Shown: positions 1 to 10,700, numbered from the stretch's first letter. The stretch: 41,516 nucleotides of DNA from Candidatus Binatia bacterium (GCA_041487975.1 JBGPOI010000001.1:1-41516); one strand, 5' to 3'. Notes: a model not told the origin generated them from the sequence alone. Translations and numbers: made by a program.

Positions 1-443
1 CGGGTCACCACACCATGCGGCGCCTGGCCGAGCAAAGTTACCGAGAGCATAAGACACGGCGCCGCGCTCATATTCCCGCCAATCAACGCCGCCCCACAGG
101 CTCCGGCAGCTCGGACAAAGCCGTCAAAGAAGGCGTCCAGGTCTTCCACCTCGCATTCCTGCGGCACCCCCAGGCTAAGCAAGGCAAAGGTCGGTTCTCC
201 TCCCATCGCCGCGATATCGCTGGCGTTCACCGTGAAGGCTTTTTCTCCGAGGACGGAGAATGAGGTCCACTCACGACGGAAGTGGACATTTTCAATCATG
301 GCATCAGTGGTCAGCAGGGTGGTCCCAGAGAGAGACAGGACGGCACAGTCATCGCCCAGGCCCAATAGGACGCGGGGATCCGAAGGCACCCAGCCGCGGA
401 GACGGCGCAAGAAGGGAAACTCGCCCAGGTCGCTTAGCTTCAT
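1..443 (-). CDS. thiL: Thiamine-monophosphate kinase ThiL, N-terminal part; gene continues past the left edge
   Basis: Absent from the ORF track because it is truncated by the window edge. Reverse translation from ATG 443..441 gives MKLSDLGEFPFLRRLRGWVPSDPRVLLGLGDDCAVLSLSGTTLLTTDAMIENVHFRREW...VNASDIAAMGGEPTFALLSLGVP. The GEF, GDDCAV, D-x-x-x-E-x-VHF and DIAAMGG motifs are typical of ThiL (PurM/AIR-synthase-related fold). It starts 15 nt after the dnaJ stop. Confidence 0.8.
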   Translation of the reverse strand, partial: MKLSDLGEFPFLRRLRGWVPSDPRVLLGLGDDCAVLSLSGTTLLTTDAMIENVHFRREWTSFSVLGEKAFTVNASDIAAMGGEPTFALLSLGVPQECEVEDLDAFFDGFVRAAGACGAALIGGNMSAAPCLMLSVTLLGQAPHGVVT

Positions 444-458
444 CACTTGACCACGTTT

Positions 459-1571
459 TCAGCCGAAGAGTTCTTTGACCTTTTCAAAAAACCCTTTGCT
501 CATAGGGTGTACGTCCGCGCCATCGAGTCGGGCAAATTCTTCGAGCAATGCACGTTGCCTGGGGTTGAGCTGACGTGGGGTCTCGACCACAACGCGCACC
601 AACTGGTCCCCGCGGCCGCTGCCCCGCAAGCTCGTAATGCCTTTGCCACGCAGGCGAAAGACCTTACCCGACTGGGTCCCCGGGGGAACCTTCATCTTGA
701 TCTTACCTTCAAGGGTAGGAACCTCGATCTCAGCACCAAGCGCGGCCTGGGGAAACCGGATAGGGATCTCGCAAACGATGTCGGCCCCTTGTCGCGTGAA
801 CAACGGATGCTCACGCACGTGAATGAGAATGTACAAACTCCCGGCTGGTCCCCCCGTCACACCGGCATCGCCTTCACCACGCAGTTTAAGGCGTGCGCCG
901 CTATCCACGCCGGCGGGAATTTTTACTTTCACGGCGGCTGTCGTTCGCACCATTCCCCCTCCCCGGCAGAAGGTGCAGGGATCGGTGATGATCGTCCCTT
1001 GTCCCCCACACTGATTACAGGTGCGGGCAATGGTGAAGAACCCTTGCTGGAAGCGGACTTGACCACTGCCCCGACAGGTTGAACACGTTTTGGGCGAGGT
1101 CCCGGGCTTGGTTCCTTTCCCGTGGCAGGTTTCGCACATGGTCGTGCGTGGCACGGAAATCGTCTTCTCGGCGCCAAACGCCCCTTCTTCAAAGGAAAGC
1201 TCTAAATTATAGCTGAGATCTTCCCCACGTTGGCCCGCGTGCCGACTGCCTCGTCCACCAGCAAAAAAGTCACCGAAAATATCGCTGAAGATATCCTCAA
1301 AGTTCGTGAAATCGAATCCGCCATTAGAACCGGCTCCGCCCTGTGCGAAGGCGGCATGGCCATAGCGGTCGTATTGTGCGCGTTTTTCCGCATCCGATAG
1401 GACCTGATACGCCTCGGAGAGTTCTTTAAACTTCTCTTCGGCAGCTTTGTCGCCAGGGTTGCGATCCGGATGGCACCGCATGGCCGCCTGTCGGTACGCC
1501 TTCTTCAGTTCTTCCGCACTCGCGTCGTGACTGACACCCAGCAGTTCATAGTAATCGGCTTTTGTTGCCAT
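459..1571 (-). CDS. dnaJ: Molecular chaperone DnaJ (Hsp40)
   Basis: J domain with HPD ([11 protein letters not shown]), a G/F-rich linker, and four CxxCxGxG repeats ([32 protein letters not shown]). The ORF track gives 459..1586. I prefer ATG 1571 ([13 protein letters not shown]), which is preceded by GGGGGG. Confidence 0.97.
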   Translation of the reverse strand: MATKADYYELLGVSHDASAEELKKAYRQAAMRCHPDRNPGDKAAEEKFKELSEAYQVLSDAEKRAQYDRYGHAAFAQGGAGSNGGFDFTNFEDIFSDIFGDFFAGGRGSRHAGQRGEDLSYNLELSFEEGAFGAEKTISVPRTTMCETCHGKGTKPGTSPKTCSTCRGSGQVRFQQGFFTIARTCNQCGGQGTIITDPCTFCRGGGMVRTTAAVKVKIPAGVDSGARLKLRGEGDAGVTGGPAGSLYILIHVREHPLFTRQGADIVCEIPIRFPQAALGAEIEVPTLEGKIKMKVPPGTQSGKVFRLRGKGITSLRGSGRGDQLVRVVVETPRQLNPRQRALLEEFARLDGADVHPMSKGFFEKVKELFG

Positions 1572-1596
1572 ATTCCCCCCGCTCATCCCCTATAAC

Positions 1597-1636
1597 AAAA
1601 AAACCCCCGCTCTTCCAATCGAGGGAAGAGTGGGGG
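1597..1636 (-). terminator. Intrinsic terminator/attenuator between dnaK and dnaJ
   Basis: The minus-strand RNA reads CCCCCACUCUUCC, a 7-nt loop, GGAAGAGCGGGGG, then U7. The stem is 13 bp with one A/C mismatch. It lies about 35 nt after the dnaK stop. Confidence 0.7.
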
Positions 1637-1671
1637 CAAAAACGGGGAGACGGTGTGACATTCTCTACTGG

Positions 1672-3585
1672 TTACTTCACTTCTTCAAAATCAGCGTCTA
1701 CCACATTTTCCTTTCCCTGTGCCTGTCCAGCCCCTTTACCCTCTTCAGTCTCGGCACCCTTGGTAGCAGCCTGTTCCTTGGCTACGCGCGCGTACATCGC
1801 TTCGGCAAGCTTGTGGGAAGCCTGGGTCAGTTCCTCACTGGCGGATGTGATCACGCCCGCGTCTTCGCTCTCCATCGCTTTCTTGGCTTTTTCCAAAGCT
1901 GTCTCGATGTTGCGGGCGGTTGCGTCGTCAGCATCACCACGGTGGTCTTTCAGCGATTTCTCGGCCGAGTAGATCAGCGAGTCGAGGTGGTTACGCGCCT
2001 CGACTCGCTCGCGTTTGTGCTTGTCTTCCTCCGCGTGCGCTTCCGCATCTTTGACCATCTGCTTGATCTCTTGCTCTGAGAGCCCACTCGAGGCAGTGAT
2101 GCGGATCGACTGCTCTTTTCCTGTCCCGAGATCCTTCGCGTTGACGTGGACAATGCCGTTTGCGTCGATGTCAAAAGTCACTTCGACTTGCGGCACTCCA
2201 CGCGGCGCAGGCGGAATGCCGACCAAATCAAACTGTCCGAGCAGTTTGTTGGAGGCGGCCATCTCACGCTCGCCCTGAAAAACTCGGATCGTCACCGCGG
2301 TCTGGCTGTCAGATGCAGTCGAGAAAATCTGACTCTTCTTCGTCGGGATGGTAGTGTTCTTATCGATCAGCCGTGTGAACACCCCACCCAACGTCTCGAT
2401 GCCCAAGGACAGGGGGCTAACATCCAGGAGTAGGACATCTTTCACCTCTCCTTTCAGCACCGCTCCTTGGATTGCCGCGCCGATAGCGACGACTTCGTCG
2501 GGGTTGACTCCCTTATGCGGTTCTTTGCCGAAGATTTTGCGTGCGCGTTCTTGTACCGCAGGCATGCGGGTCATACCACCAACCAGCACGATCTCGTCGA
2601 TCTGGCGTGCGGACAACCCTGAATCTTTCAGGGCCGTGAGGCAAGGAGCTTCGAGTCGATCAAACAGATCCGCGCACAGAGCTTCCAGCTTGGCGCGAGT
2701 GAGTTTCATCGTGAGATGTTTGGGACCACTCTGGTCAGCCGTGATGAACGGCAAATTGAGTTCGGTCTCCATCGAAGAAGACAGCTCAATCTTGGCTTTC
2801 TCCGCCGCCTCCTTGAGACGTTGGAGGGCCATACGGTCTTTACGCAGATCGAACCCCTGGTCTTTTTTGAATTCATCGGCCAAGTAGTCGATGACCCGCT
2901 GATCAAAATCGTCGCCACCAAGGAAAGTATCGCCGTTAGTGGCTTTCACCTCGAACACGCCATCGCCAACTTCAAGGACGGAGATGTCGAAGGTGCCACC
3001 ACCCAGGTCAAAGACCGCAATTTTTTCATCCTTCTTCTTGTCGAGTCCATAAGCCAGTGAGGCGGCAGTCGGCTCGTTGATGATGCGCAAGACATTCAGC
3101 CCGGCGATCCGCCCAGCATCCTTAGTCGCCTGGCGCTGTGAGTCATTGAAGTAGGCCGGAACAGTAACCACTGCATCGGTCACCTTCTCGCCCAGGTAGT
3201 CTTCCGCAGTCTGCTTCATCTTTTGCAGGATGAAGGCAGAGATCTCCGGCGAGCTATAGCTTTTCCCGCGGATCTCGACCCAGGCATCGTTGTTGTCTGC
3301 CTTCGTGATTTTGTACGGCAGCACCTTCGCGGCCTTGCGCACCTCAGCCTCCTCGAAGCGGCGGCCGATCAAGCGCTTGATAGAAAAAATAGTGTTCTCA
3401 GGGTTGGTGATCGCCTGGCGTCTGGCGATCTGGCCGACCAGACGTTCCCCACTCTCGGTGAAAGCCACCACGGAAGGAGTAATGCGATTGCCCTCAGCAT
3501 TAGTGATGACTTTTGGCTCGCCTCCTTCCATCACTGCCACGACCGAGTTGGTCGTCCCTAAGTCGATACCGATAACTTTTGCCAT
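1672..3585 (-). CDS. dnaK: Molecular chaperone DnaK (Hsp70)
   Basis: 637 aa with the Hsp70 signatures [18 protein letters not shown] and [20 protein letters not shown] upstream of ATG 3585. Confidence 0.99.
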   Translation of the reverse strand: MAKVIGIDLGTTNSVVAVMEGGEPKVITNAEGNRITPSVVAFTESGERLVGQIARRQAITNPENTIFSIKRLIGRRFEEAEVRKAAKVLPYKITKADNNDAWVEIRGKSYSSPEISAFILQKMKQTAEDYLGEKVTDAVVTVPAYFNDSQRQATKDAGRIAGLNVLRIINEPTAASLAYGLDKKKDEKIAVFDLGGGTFDISVLEVGDGVFEVKATNGDTFLGGDDFDQRVIDYLADEFKKDQGFDLRKDRMALQRLKEAAEKAKIELSSSMETELNLPFITADQSGPKHLTMKLTRAKLEALCADLFDRLEAPCLTALKDSGLSARQIDEIVLVGGMTRMPAVQERARKIFGKEPHKGVNPDEVVAIGAAIQGAVLKGEVKDVLLLDVSPLSLGIETLGGVFTRLIDKNTTIPTKKSQIFSTASDSQTAVTIRVFQGEREMAASNKLLGQFDLVGIPPAPRGVPQVEVTFDIDANGIVHVNAKDLGTGKEQSIRITASSGLSEQEIKQMVKDAEAHAEEDKHKRERVEARNHLDSLIYSAEKSLKDHRGDADDATARNIETALEKAKKAMESEDAGVITSASEELTQASHKLAEAMYARVAKEQAATKGAETEEGKGAGQAQGKENVVDADFEEVK

Positions 3586-3667
3586 ACCTGTTCTCCTTAC
3601 GAAAAACCTCTACCCCTACCACCCCGTGTCAAAGATCTGTAACCATCCGTTTCTCGGTTCGCAACCT

Positions 3668-4246
3668 TCATTCCTCGAATTTCTTTTCACTTGCCGGTGC
3701 TTTGGCGACAGTCACCAAAGCAGGCCGTAGCAACCGGCCATGCAGGAAGTAAGCCGGACAATACTCATCGACCACTGTGTTAGGCGCTACATTTGCGTTC
3801 TCGGCTTGCGCCATTGCCTCATGCCGGGTGGGGTCAAACAGTTCGCCTTTCGCTGTCACACGTGTCACCCCGTACTTTTTCAGGGTTTCCAGAAACGAAC
3901 GCACGACTAAAGCAACTCCTTCGAGCAGAGGTTGGCCATTGCCGCCACCCTGGGCATGGCCAACGGCTCGTTCAAGATTATCAATGACCGGCAGGAGATC
4001 GCGGATCAACGGCTCGTTGGCAAACCGGAGAGACTCGGCCTGTTCGCGCTGCATGCGGCGTTTAAAATTTTCTAACTCGGCCCGCTCGCGCAAAAAGAGA
4101 TCATAATTCGCCTTGGCTTCTTCTTCTTTCTCCGCTAATTTGACCAGTAGCACAGCCTTTTCTTCCCCAGGCTCGTTTTCTTGAACTTCAGCGTGTTCGC
4201 TTGATCTCACTGCCGAGTCATTACGGTCTGGCTTCTCCACATCCAT
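3668..4246 (-). CDS. grpE: Nucleotide exchange factor GrpE
   Basis: Acidic/coiled N-terminal region and a conserved C-terminal beta domain (GELFDPTRHEAMAQ). Sits directly upstream of dnaK. The ORF track starts at TTG 4291. I prefer ATG 4246 (MDVEK), preceded by GGTAGGAAG. Confidence 0.93.
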   Translation of the reverse strand: MDVEKPDRNDSAVRSSEHAEVQENEPGEEKAVLLVKLAEKEEEAKANYDLFLRERAELENFKRRMQREQAESLRFANEPLIRDLLPVIDNLERAVGHAQGGGNGQPLLEGVALVVRSFLETLKKYGVTRVTAKGELFDPTRHEAMAQAENANVAPNTVVDEYCPAYFLHGRLLRPALVTVAKAPASEKKFEE

Positions 4247-4311
4247 GCTTCCTACCCCTTGTGAAAACCTGAGTCTTTTTATTCTACCCAAAGAGACAAT
4301 ATCTTTGATAG

Positions 4312-4340
4312 AATGTAAGAACCACCTCTTACCATGTCAA
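4312..4340 (-). promoter_or_regulatory. sigma70-type promoter candidate for grpE-dnaK-dnaJ
   Basis: Minus strand reads TTGACA (4340..4335), a 17-nt spacer, then TACATT (4317..4312), about 60 nt upstream of the grpE ATG. No CIRCE inverted repeat (TTAGCACTC-N9-GAGTGCTAA) is visible. Confidence 0.5.
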
Positions 4341-4347
4341 GGTAAAG

Positions 4348-5145
4348 ATGATTGAAGAACGCACCCCTGCCATTGTTCTGCGCAGCCGCGTATACGGCGA
4401 ATCGGACAAGATCGTTATTTTTTTGACGCAAGATTGGGGGAAAGTGACTGGCATTGCCAAAGGAGCCAAGCGATCGCGCCGTCGCTTCGTCAATGTGTTG
4501 GAATCTTTTACCCACGTGCAATTGCGATTTCGGCCGGGCCGGACCGACGAATTGGCTTTTATCTTCGGCTGTGACTTGATACAGAGTTTTCGCGGTCCGA
4601 GTCGTGACCTGCAACGGTTTGCTCTGGCCAGTTACATCACAGAGTTGATCGACGCCATGGTGGCAGGTCGCGAGTCAGGACGGGAAACTTATGAATTACT
4701 CTTGCATGGTCTGACGACGTTAGAAGAGCAAAGTCTACTCTCGCCCCTGTTCTTGCCGGTATTTGAGTTGTTTCTGCTGACATATGTGGGTTATGCGCCA
4801 CACCTCACCGGCTGCCAGCAGTGTGGCGCCAGCTTCGGCGAGGACGAGACACCGCTCATTTTTTCTCCCGGTCGTGGCGGCCTCCTGTGCCGGAACTGTC
4901 GCGGCCAGGGGGGAGTCACCCTGCGGCTTTCACCTGAAACGCTGCGTCTGTTGCTCAGCCTCAGTAATTCAGCAGTGGACACGTTTTTGAAGATCACTGC
5001 GTCTCCTCGCGTATACCGCGAAACGCGTGCACTGGTCTCCGGTTTGCTCTCTCGCCACTTGCTGAGACCATTGAAATCGCAGGCGTTCCTTGAGCAGGCG
5101 GGAGTATTCAACGATTCTCACGTTGACGGTTCCCAGGAGGAATGA
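4348..5145 (+). CDS. recO: DNA repair protein RecO
   Basis: N-terminal OB-fold region (AIVLRSRVYGESDKIVIFLTQDWGKVTGIAKGAKRSRRRF) and a CxxC...CxxC zinc motif (CQQCG...CRNCRG), as in RecO. Confidence 0.9.
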   Translation: MIEERTPAIVLRSRVYGESDKIVIFLTQDWGKVTGIAKGAKRSRRRFVNVLESFTHVQLRFRPGRTDELAFIFGCDLIQSFRGPSRDLQRFALASYITELIDAMVAGRESGRETYELLLHGLTTLEEQSLLSPLFLPVFELFLLTYVGYAPHLTGCQQCGASFGEDETPLIFSPGRGGLLCRNCRGQGGVTLRLSPETLRLLLSLSNSAVDTFLKITASPRVYRETRALVSGLLSRHLLRPLKSQAFLEQAGVFNDSHVDGSQEE

Positions 5146-5160
5146 TATGGCTTACTATTC

Positions 5161-6477
5161 ATGTCGGTGACCATGGACAAGATCGTCAACCTGTGCAAAC
5201 GGCGCGGGTTTGTTTTCCCCTCGAGCGAGATCTACGGCGGCTTTGCCAGCACTTGGGACTACGGTCCGCTCGGCATCGAACTCAAACGAAACATCCGCGA
5301 GACCTGGTGGCGCTACATGGTGACGGCACGCGAGAACGTCGTCGGCATCGAGAGTGCCGTGCTCATGCATCCGCGGGTGTGGGAGGCTTCAGGTCATATC
5401 GCTGGATTTTCTGATCCCTTGGTGGACTGCCGCGTTTGCAAACGGCGCTTTCGCGCTGACCAGATCCCTGCCAAGGAAGAACGGCAATGCCCCAAAGGCA
5501 TGGAGTGCGATCTGACCGAGGCCAGGCAGTTCAACCTGATGTTCAAAACCTTCGTTGGTCCAGTTGAGGAAGACGCAGCCGTAGCATTCCTCCGCCCCGA
5601 GACTGCGCAAGGTATGTTTGTGAACTTCCTCAACGTCCAGCAGTCCGGCCGCCTCAAACCGCCTTTCGGCATCGCGCAGATCGGCAAATCGTTTCGCAAC
5701 GAGATCACACCCGGCAACTTCATTTTCCGCACGCGCGAGTTCGAGCAGATGGAAATGGAGTTCTTCGTCAAACCCGGCACTGACGAGGAGTGGTTCGATT
5801 ATTGGCGCGAGCAGCGTATGAATTGGTACACCACACGGCTCGGTATCAAGCCTGCCAACCTCCGCTTTCATCACTACGAGAAGCCCGATCTTGCCCACTA
5901 CGCCAAGGCCTGCTCGGATATCGAATACCAGTATCCCTTCGGCTGGGGCGAACTCGAAGGCATTGCCAATCGTACTGACTTCGACCTGCGGCAGCATGCC
6001 GAGCACAGCGGCAAGGATCTGACTTTCTTCGATGAAGAGACGCGCGAACGTTATCTGCCGTATGTCATCGAGCCGGCAGTGGGGGTGGACCGCCTCCTGC
6101 TCATCATACTCCTCGATGCCTACGAGGAAGATGTACAGGAGAATGAGTCTCGCGTCGTCTTGCGCTTGCCTCCGCGTCTTGCTCCGATTAAAGTTGGGAT
6201 CTTTCCGCTCCTACGGAAAGACGGGCAGCCGGAGAAAGCTCTAGCGATCCGTGATCTCCTCAAGCAGCGATTCGCCGTTTTTTACGATCAGGCGGGTTCG
6301 ATCGGCCGGCGCTACCGCCGCCAGGACGAGGTCGGCACGCCGTTCGGCATCACCGTGGATCATCAAACTATGCAGGACGATACCGTGACCCTGCGCGACC
6401 GCGATTCTCTCCAACAGATCCGTTTACCGATCGACCGGCTGATTCCTGAGTTAATCAGTCGGATAGAACCGTTCTAG
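5161..6477 (+). CDS. glyQS: Glycine--tRNA ligase, dimeric class II (GlyQS type)
   Basis: N-terminus KIVNLCKRRGFVFPSSEIYGGFASTWDYGPLG and class II motif 2 (FRNEITPGNFIFRTREFEQMEMEFF). The 438-aa length fits the GlyQS type. Confidence 0.97.
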   Translation: MSVTMDKIVNLCKRRGFVFPSSEIYGGFASTWDYGPLGIELKRNIRETWWRYMVTARENVVGIESAVLMHPRVWEASGHIAGFSDPLVDCRVCKRRFRADQIPAKEERQCPKGMECDLTEARQFNLMFKTFVGPVEEDAAVAFLRPETAQGMFVNFLNVQQSGRLKPPFGIAQIGKSFRNEITPGNFIFRTREFEQMEMEFFVKPGTDEEWFDYWREQRMNWYTTRLGIKPANLRFHHYEKPDLAHYAKACSDIEYQYPFGWGELEGIANRTDFDLRQHAEHSGKDLTFFDEETRERYLPYVIEPAVGVDRLLLIILLDAYEEDVQENESRVVLRLPPRLAPIKVGIFPLLRKDGQPEKALAIRDLLKQRFAVFYDQAGSIGRRYRRQDEVGTPFGITVDHQTMQDDTVTLRDRDSLQQIRLPIDRLIPELISRIEPF

Positions 6478-7760
6478 AAGCTCCAGCGAAGCTCGGTATA
6501 AGCGGTAGAGTTGTCGTGTAGATTCTCAAAAAAGGACGGGCGCGGTCCACGGAAAATGTCGGCTCCGGCTACTATCTTCCATCGGTCAGTTAACGCATAG
6601 GTGACCTTGGGACGTAACGCGTAGCCACCGCGAGTGAATGCAAAAACCCCGACCACCTCTCCTTCAAGTGTCTCGTTCAACCATCTGTCACTGAGCCGGA
6701 GCGAGGCTCCATGCTGGGCTCGGTCCAACTGATTCGTTTGCACAGCCTGCTGGATCGCCACCCCCTGCTGCAGAGGATCCTGAAATCGGAAAGGACTCTG
6801 ATAATGGACCACCAGCCGGAAAATGTACTGAATATTAACATTCAGGTACTCAAAGAAAGTCCGGTCGCCGCCTAGGACCATGAAGAAGAACGGGTTCTTC
6901 ACAGCGGGATTGCCACCCCCGGTGTCTGTCGTGAAAGTGTAAGCAGCCTCTCCACGCAACCCGTAGCGGCCGAATGTGGTTGCAGTGTCGGCTCCGATCA
7001 CCCGGATACGATGGTTGCGCAGATGTAGGTCTACCCCGGCAGCGCCGATCCGGTCGATCCCCAGATCTGGAAAGGGATCAAAGCCGTCAAAGTATGAGGC
7101 AGACCAGTCAATCATACTCCCCGTTTGCTCAAGCTTGGCTGCCCACTGCTGCAAGGCTCTCTCCGGCGCTTGTTCATGCAGGGTGAACAGTGCAGGGGGC
7201 TGCTTGATCGGAATAGTGTCAGACTCGAAGGCAGGCAGCCACACGCCGGTCAGTGAGAGTCCTCCCAAGTAGTAGGTCGCCTTGACGGCTACCGTGCCCA
7301 GCCGCTGGTCGTCGTCCTCAGGAAAGAGCAAAGTAAAGTTTTTTGCCGTAAGATTGTCGGTTGGGTTAATCCGATCGGCCCGGCCCCAGACAATAAGCTG
7401 CTTGCCGACGCACAGGTCCACCGGCCCGAGGCTCACATCCAGATAGGCTTCCCGGAGTTCTCCGTTGGTCTCCCGCTCCCGAAAGAGTTCCTGGTTCATG
7501 ACCCACCCTTCGACGAAGAGCGTGGTTGTAGACCCGAGTCTTGACGTGGCCTTGAGCCAAAGAGAGGCGACAGCCCTGTGCTCGCGGTTGTCGAGGTCTC
7601 TGGAGGAACTCCAGTATCCTTCACGGAGAGACCCAGTCAGTTCTGTTCGCTGGGTCGCGTTTGCGAGCGAATCAATGAAATCGGGAAGCCCTGTGGCAAA
7701 AAGAGGTGTCGTCCCGAGCAGAATGGTCCAGGCACACACTCCCAGGGCAACGACCTTCAA
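6474..7760 (-). CDS. Outer-membrane beta-barrel protein, DUF1302/alginate-export-like
   Basis: Signal peptide (MKVVALGVCAWTILLGTTPLFATG), alternating beta-strand pattern, and a C-terminal aromatic residue (ELRWSF). The REAYLDV...GKQLIVWGRADRINPTDN motif is one I associate with DUF1302/alginate-export barrels. The TTG start overlaps the stop of the upstream transporter (TTGA, 7757-7760). Confidence 0.7.
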   Translation of the reverse strand: MKVVALGVCAWTILLGTTPLFATGLPDFIDSLANATQRTELTGSLREGYWSSSRDLDNREHRAVASLWLKATSRLGSTTTLFVEGWVMNQELFRERETNGELREAYLDVSLGPVDLCVGKQLIVWGRADRINPTDNLTAKNFTLLFPEDDDQRLGTVAVKATYYLGGLSLTGVWLPAFESDTIPIKQPPALFTLHEQAPERALQQWAAKLEQTGSMIDWSASYFDGFDPFPDLGIDRIGAAGVDLHLRNHRIRVIGADTATTFGRYGLRGEAAYTFTTDTGGGNPAVKNPFFFMVLGGDRTFFEYLNVNIQYIFRLVVHYQSPFRFQDPLQQGVAIQQAVQTNQLDRAQHGASLRLSDRWLNETLEGEVVGVFAFTRGGYALRPKVTYALTDRWKIVAGADIFRGPRPSFFENLHDNSTAYTELRWSF

Positions 7761-10700
7761 GGCTCTCGCTCCATGTAACGAGCTGTGAAGAACTCGTCTG
7801 GAATCTGTTGATTGACTTTGAAGTTCTCGAACTGGATGATGGTCCGGTGTCCCGTCTGGCTATTGGTAGCCTCCAAGCGCATCGGGCGCCATCTTCCCCT
7901 GTCAGGGTCAACAAGCTGGACATCCTCCCCTTTGCAGCTCTTGAGGGGCTGGCCAGCACGGTCCCAGAACTCTTCCTTGATTGTGACGAAGTTGTCCTTA
8001 CGGATCCAGGCGTTGTGCTTCGAGTAGCCGCTACTCGCCTTCACCGACTCATCTCGCGGGACGGACTCGATCACGTAGCACGGCTGACCATCCACCTCCT
8101 CTTCTCTCAGCAGAATATGCTGCCAGTCCTCGACCTTGTGGCCAATCACATCTCCATATGAGAAGTCCGTGCCAGCGAAGCTGTCTTTTTTGTTCGTGGC
8201 AACCAGCCGGCGGACTTTCTTGAGCGCCGGCAAATAGACCCAAATGTCATCGTCTTGGTCCGTATGCTCGATCGTGAGGATGGCTGTTCCTTTGACGTCG
8301 GGCGGAGAAAGGAACCGCACCATCTGCGTGTTATCCATGCCATTAGATTGGAGCTTTGAGACCGTCAGGGTCTTTCTCACCCGCTCCTGACCTGCCGTGT
8401 TGATTAAGGTGAAGGTGACGTCCGCAATGGAATCCAGGACCCGTGTGACGGCGAAGTTCTTCTCCATGATTTCCCTAGCCGTCGATGGATCTCCCCACGC
8501 TTCACCAGTTTGGCAAAGACCAAGCCCCAGGACGAAGAGGAAGGCCGTAGTGATTTCAGGAACGGTCGTGAGGCGTTGGCTGGCTGCTCCGAAAACGAAA
8601 CGAGGTCGCAGGGTGAGGATCAAGCTGGGCAGGATCGTCAGCGCCCCCAGGGAACTCACCAGCATGGCTGTTGCGATCAAGATCGCGAACCACATGTGAA
8701 TGTAGTACCCGTAGGAGAAGAGCAGCACCCCGTAGCCACCGGCTACCGCCGAGGCGACGAAGAGGATTGCCTTGCCGGCCGTGGTGAGGGCAGTATGGCA
8801 TGCCGTTCGTTCGTCCACGCCACGGCCTAGTTCTTCCCGAAGGCGATAGATGAGGTAGATGGCGTAGTCAGCTCCGATCCCCACCGCCATAGCGGAGATC
8901 AGAGAAGTCCCGATGTTCAACTGAATCCCAAGCAACCCCATGAGACCAAAATTGGCGAGCACGGCCAGTAGCAAGGGGACGAGCACGAGTAATCCCGCCA
9001 GAAGGGAGCGGAAAACCACCGAGGTAATGAACAGAATCACTCCACTGATTTGGATGATGTTGAGGATCTTCCCGTGAACCATCACTTCGTTGAGGGCGGC
9101 TGTTTGTGCCACGCTCCCGCCAATTCTGATCCGCATGTCATCACCGAACTGGGTCGGGAGAAAATCATCCAGCCTGGCGATCAACTCCTGGAGGAAAGTG
9201 CTGCTGTCGGTCTTAAGGAAGACCCAGATGTTAGCGGACTGGTAGGTGTAGTCCACATAGGAGTCAAAGTCCCCTGGCTCTCCAGAGAGGGAGTAGAGGA
9301 GCAGGTACTGGGAGATCAATTCCTGGCTCTCTGGTATCCGATCGTAGGATGGGTCATCGTTATGCATCGCCTGGTTCATCCGCTTGATGAAGTCTACCAG
9401 GGACAGGGTCTTCCCAACGTGAGCTTGTCGATTGAGGAACTGTTGGGTTGCTTCCATCGCCCGGAGGACCTGGGGGTCCTTAATCGCATCTCCCCGGGGT
9501 CCTTCGACCAGCAGGTACAGTGTATTAGTCCCACCGAGATGCTCGTTGAGTAGTCGGTCATCCTGCTGGAAGGAAAGGTGCTGAAAGAAGTAGCTCTTCA
9601 CGGAATTGTCCATTCTGACTCGCGTCAGCCCACTGCCCCAGAGCAAGAGTAAGCAGGCGACTCCCGCGTAAAGACGCCACCGGCTGGGGCCGGTCACCCA
9701 GCCGGCAATCGTCTCGGTGATCCGATCCCACACGCGCCGCTCGCGCTCGCGGCGGCTTTCTCTCTGTCCCGGCGCGGGGAGCAGAGACCGGAGCGCCGGA
9801 ATAAAAGTTATTTCTAAAATGAGGGCGCTCAGAATCCCCAGTCCAGTGAAAATACCGAACGTGCGAATGGTCGTGACCTCAAAGACGACCAGGGAAAGAA
9901 AGCCGAGTGCGGCGACGCTACCGGCTGTGAGCATCACCGGTCCGATCCGCGTCACCGACTCTACCACTGCAGCCCGGTTGGCCTCGGTTGGGGTGAGGGA
10001 TGTAGTCTCTCTGAGCCGATGGTATTCCTCGTAATAACGCTTGAGGATCTGTACCGCGTGGCCGGCCGCCACTGCGAGGATCAGGATCGGGGTCGTCCCG
10101 TTGAAAACATCCATGGGAACACCAGCGAGGCGCATGATCCCTAGCCCCCAGACGACCGCCAAGAGCGCGGTGACTAACGGGAGAATCAGCCCTTGGATCG
10201 TGCGGAAGGCTTCATAGTGGATCAGCCCCATGATCAGAACAGCGAGGACGAAGAGGATCGCCATCCGCTGGGAATATGCTTCGACCCGATCGAGGAAGAT
10301 CGGCAGACCGCCAAGAGCGATGTCTACGGAGGCATCACGTTCCCGCTCCACGAGGGGGCGGACCTTCTCCACCATACCCTGAAAGCCGCCCGCATCCTCT
10401 CTGAACTCGGCGAGGATGGCTGCCGTACGCTCATCTTTGGAGATAATCGTATTCACGTAGGCAGGGTTCGCGCGGACAGCCTGTCGCAGCGACTCGATCT
10501 CTGCCACTGTCTGCGGGACAGTCTCCATCAACGGCCGTACCTCGATACCGTCTGCCGTTCCCACGATGTTTTTGGCGCGCCGGGCGGCAAGGCTGAGGAT
10601 GTTCCCTTTCACCACGCCAGGAGTGTCGAGAATAGCTGTAGTCAGGCGCTGAATTTTGCTCAACACCGGCACACTGAAGGCATCGCCCTCCTTGGGGGTG

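Noticed and set aside
447-3730. Long + strand ORFs antisense to dnaJ, dnaK and grpE (e.g. 447..1082, 2348..2887, 3290..3730)
   Set aside because: The opposite strand encodes unmistakable DnaJ, DnaK and GrpE. Long antisense ORFs are expected in GC-rich coding DNA. The same reasoning rejects 5389..6006(-), 9050..9553(+), 10193..10834(+), 14703..15827(-), 17420..18067(-), 26393..27316(+), 27550..28041(+), 32040..33173(+), 38273..38872(+), 38973..39614(+) and 39535..40182(+).
4247-4347. CIRCE operator or sigma32 promoter upstream of grpE
   Set aside because: No TTAGCACTC-N9-GAGTGCTAA-like inverted repeat is present, and there is no CTTGAAA...CCCCAT pair. Only a sigma70-like TTGACA/TACATT pair was seen.
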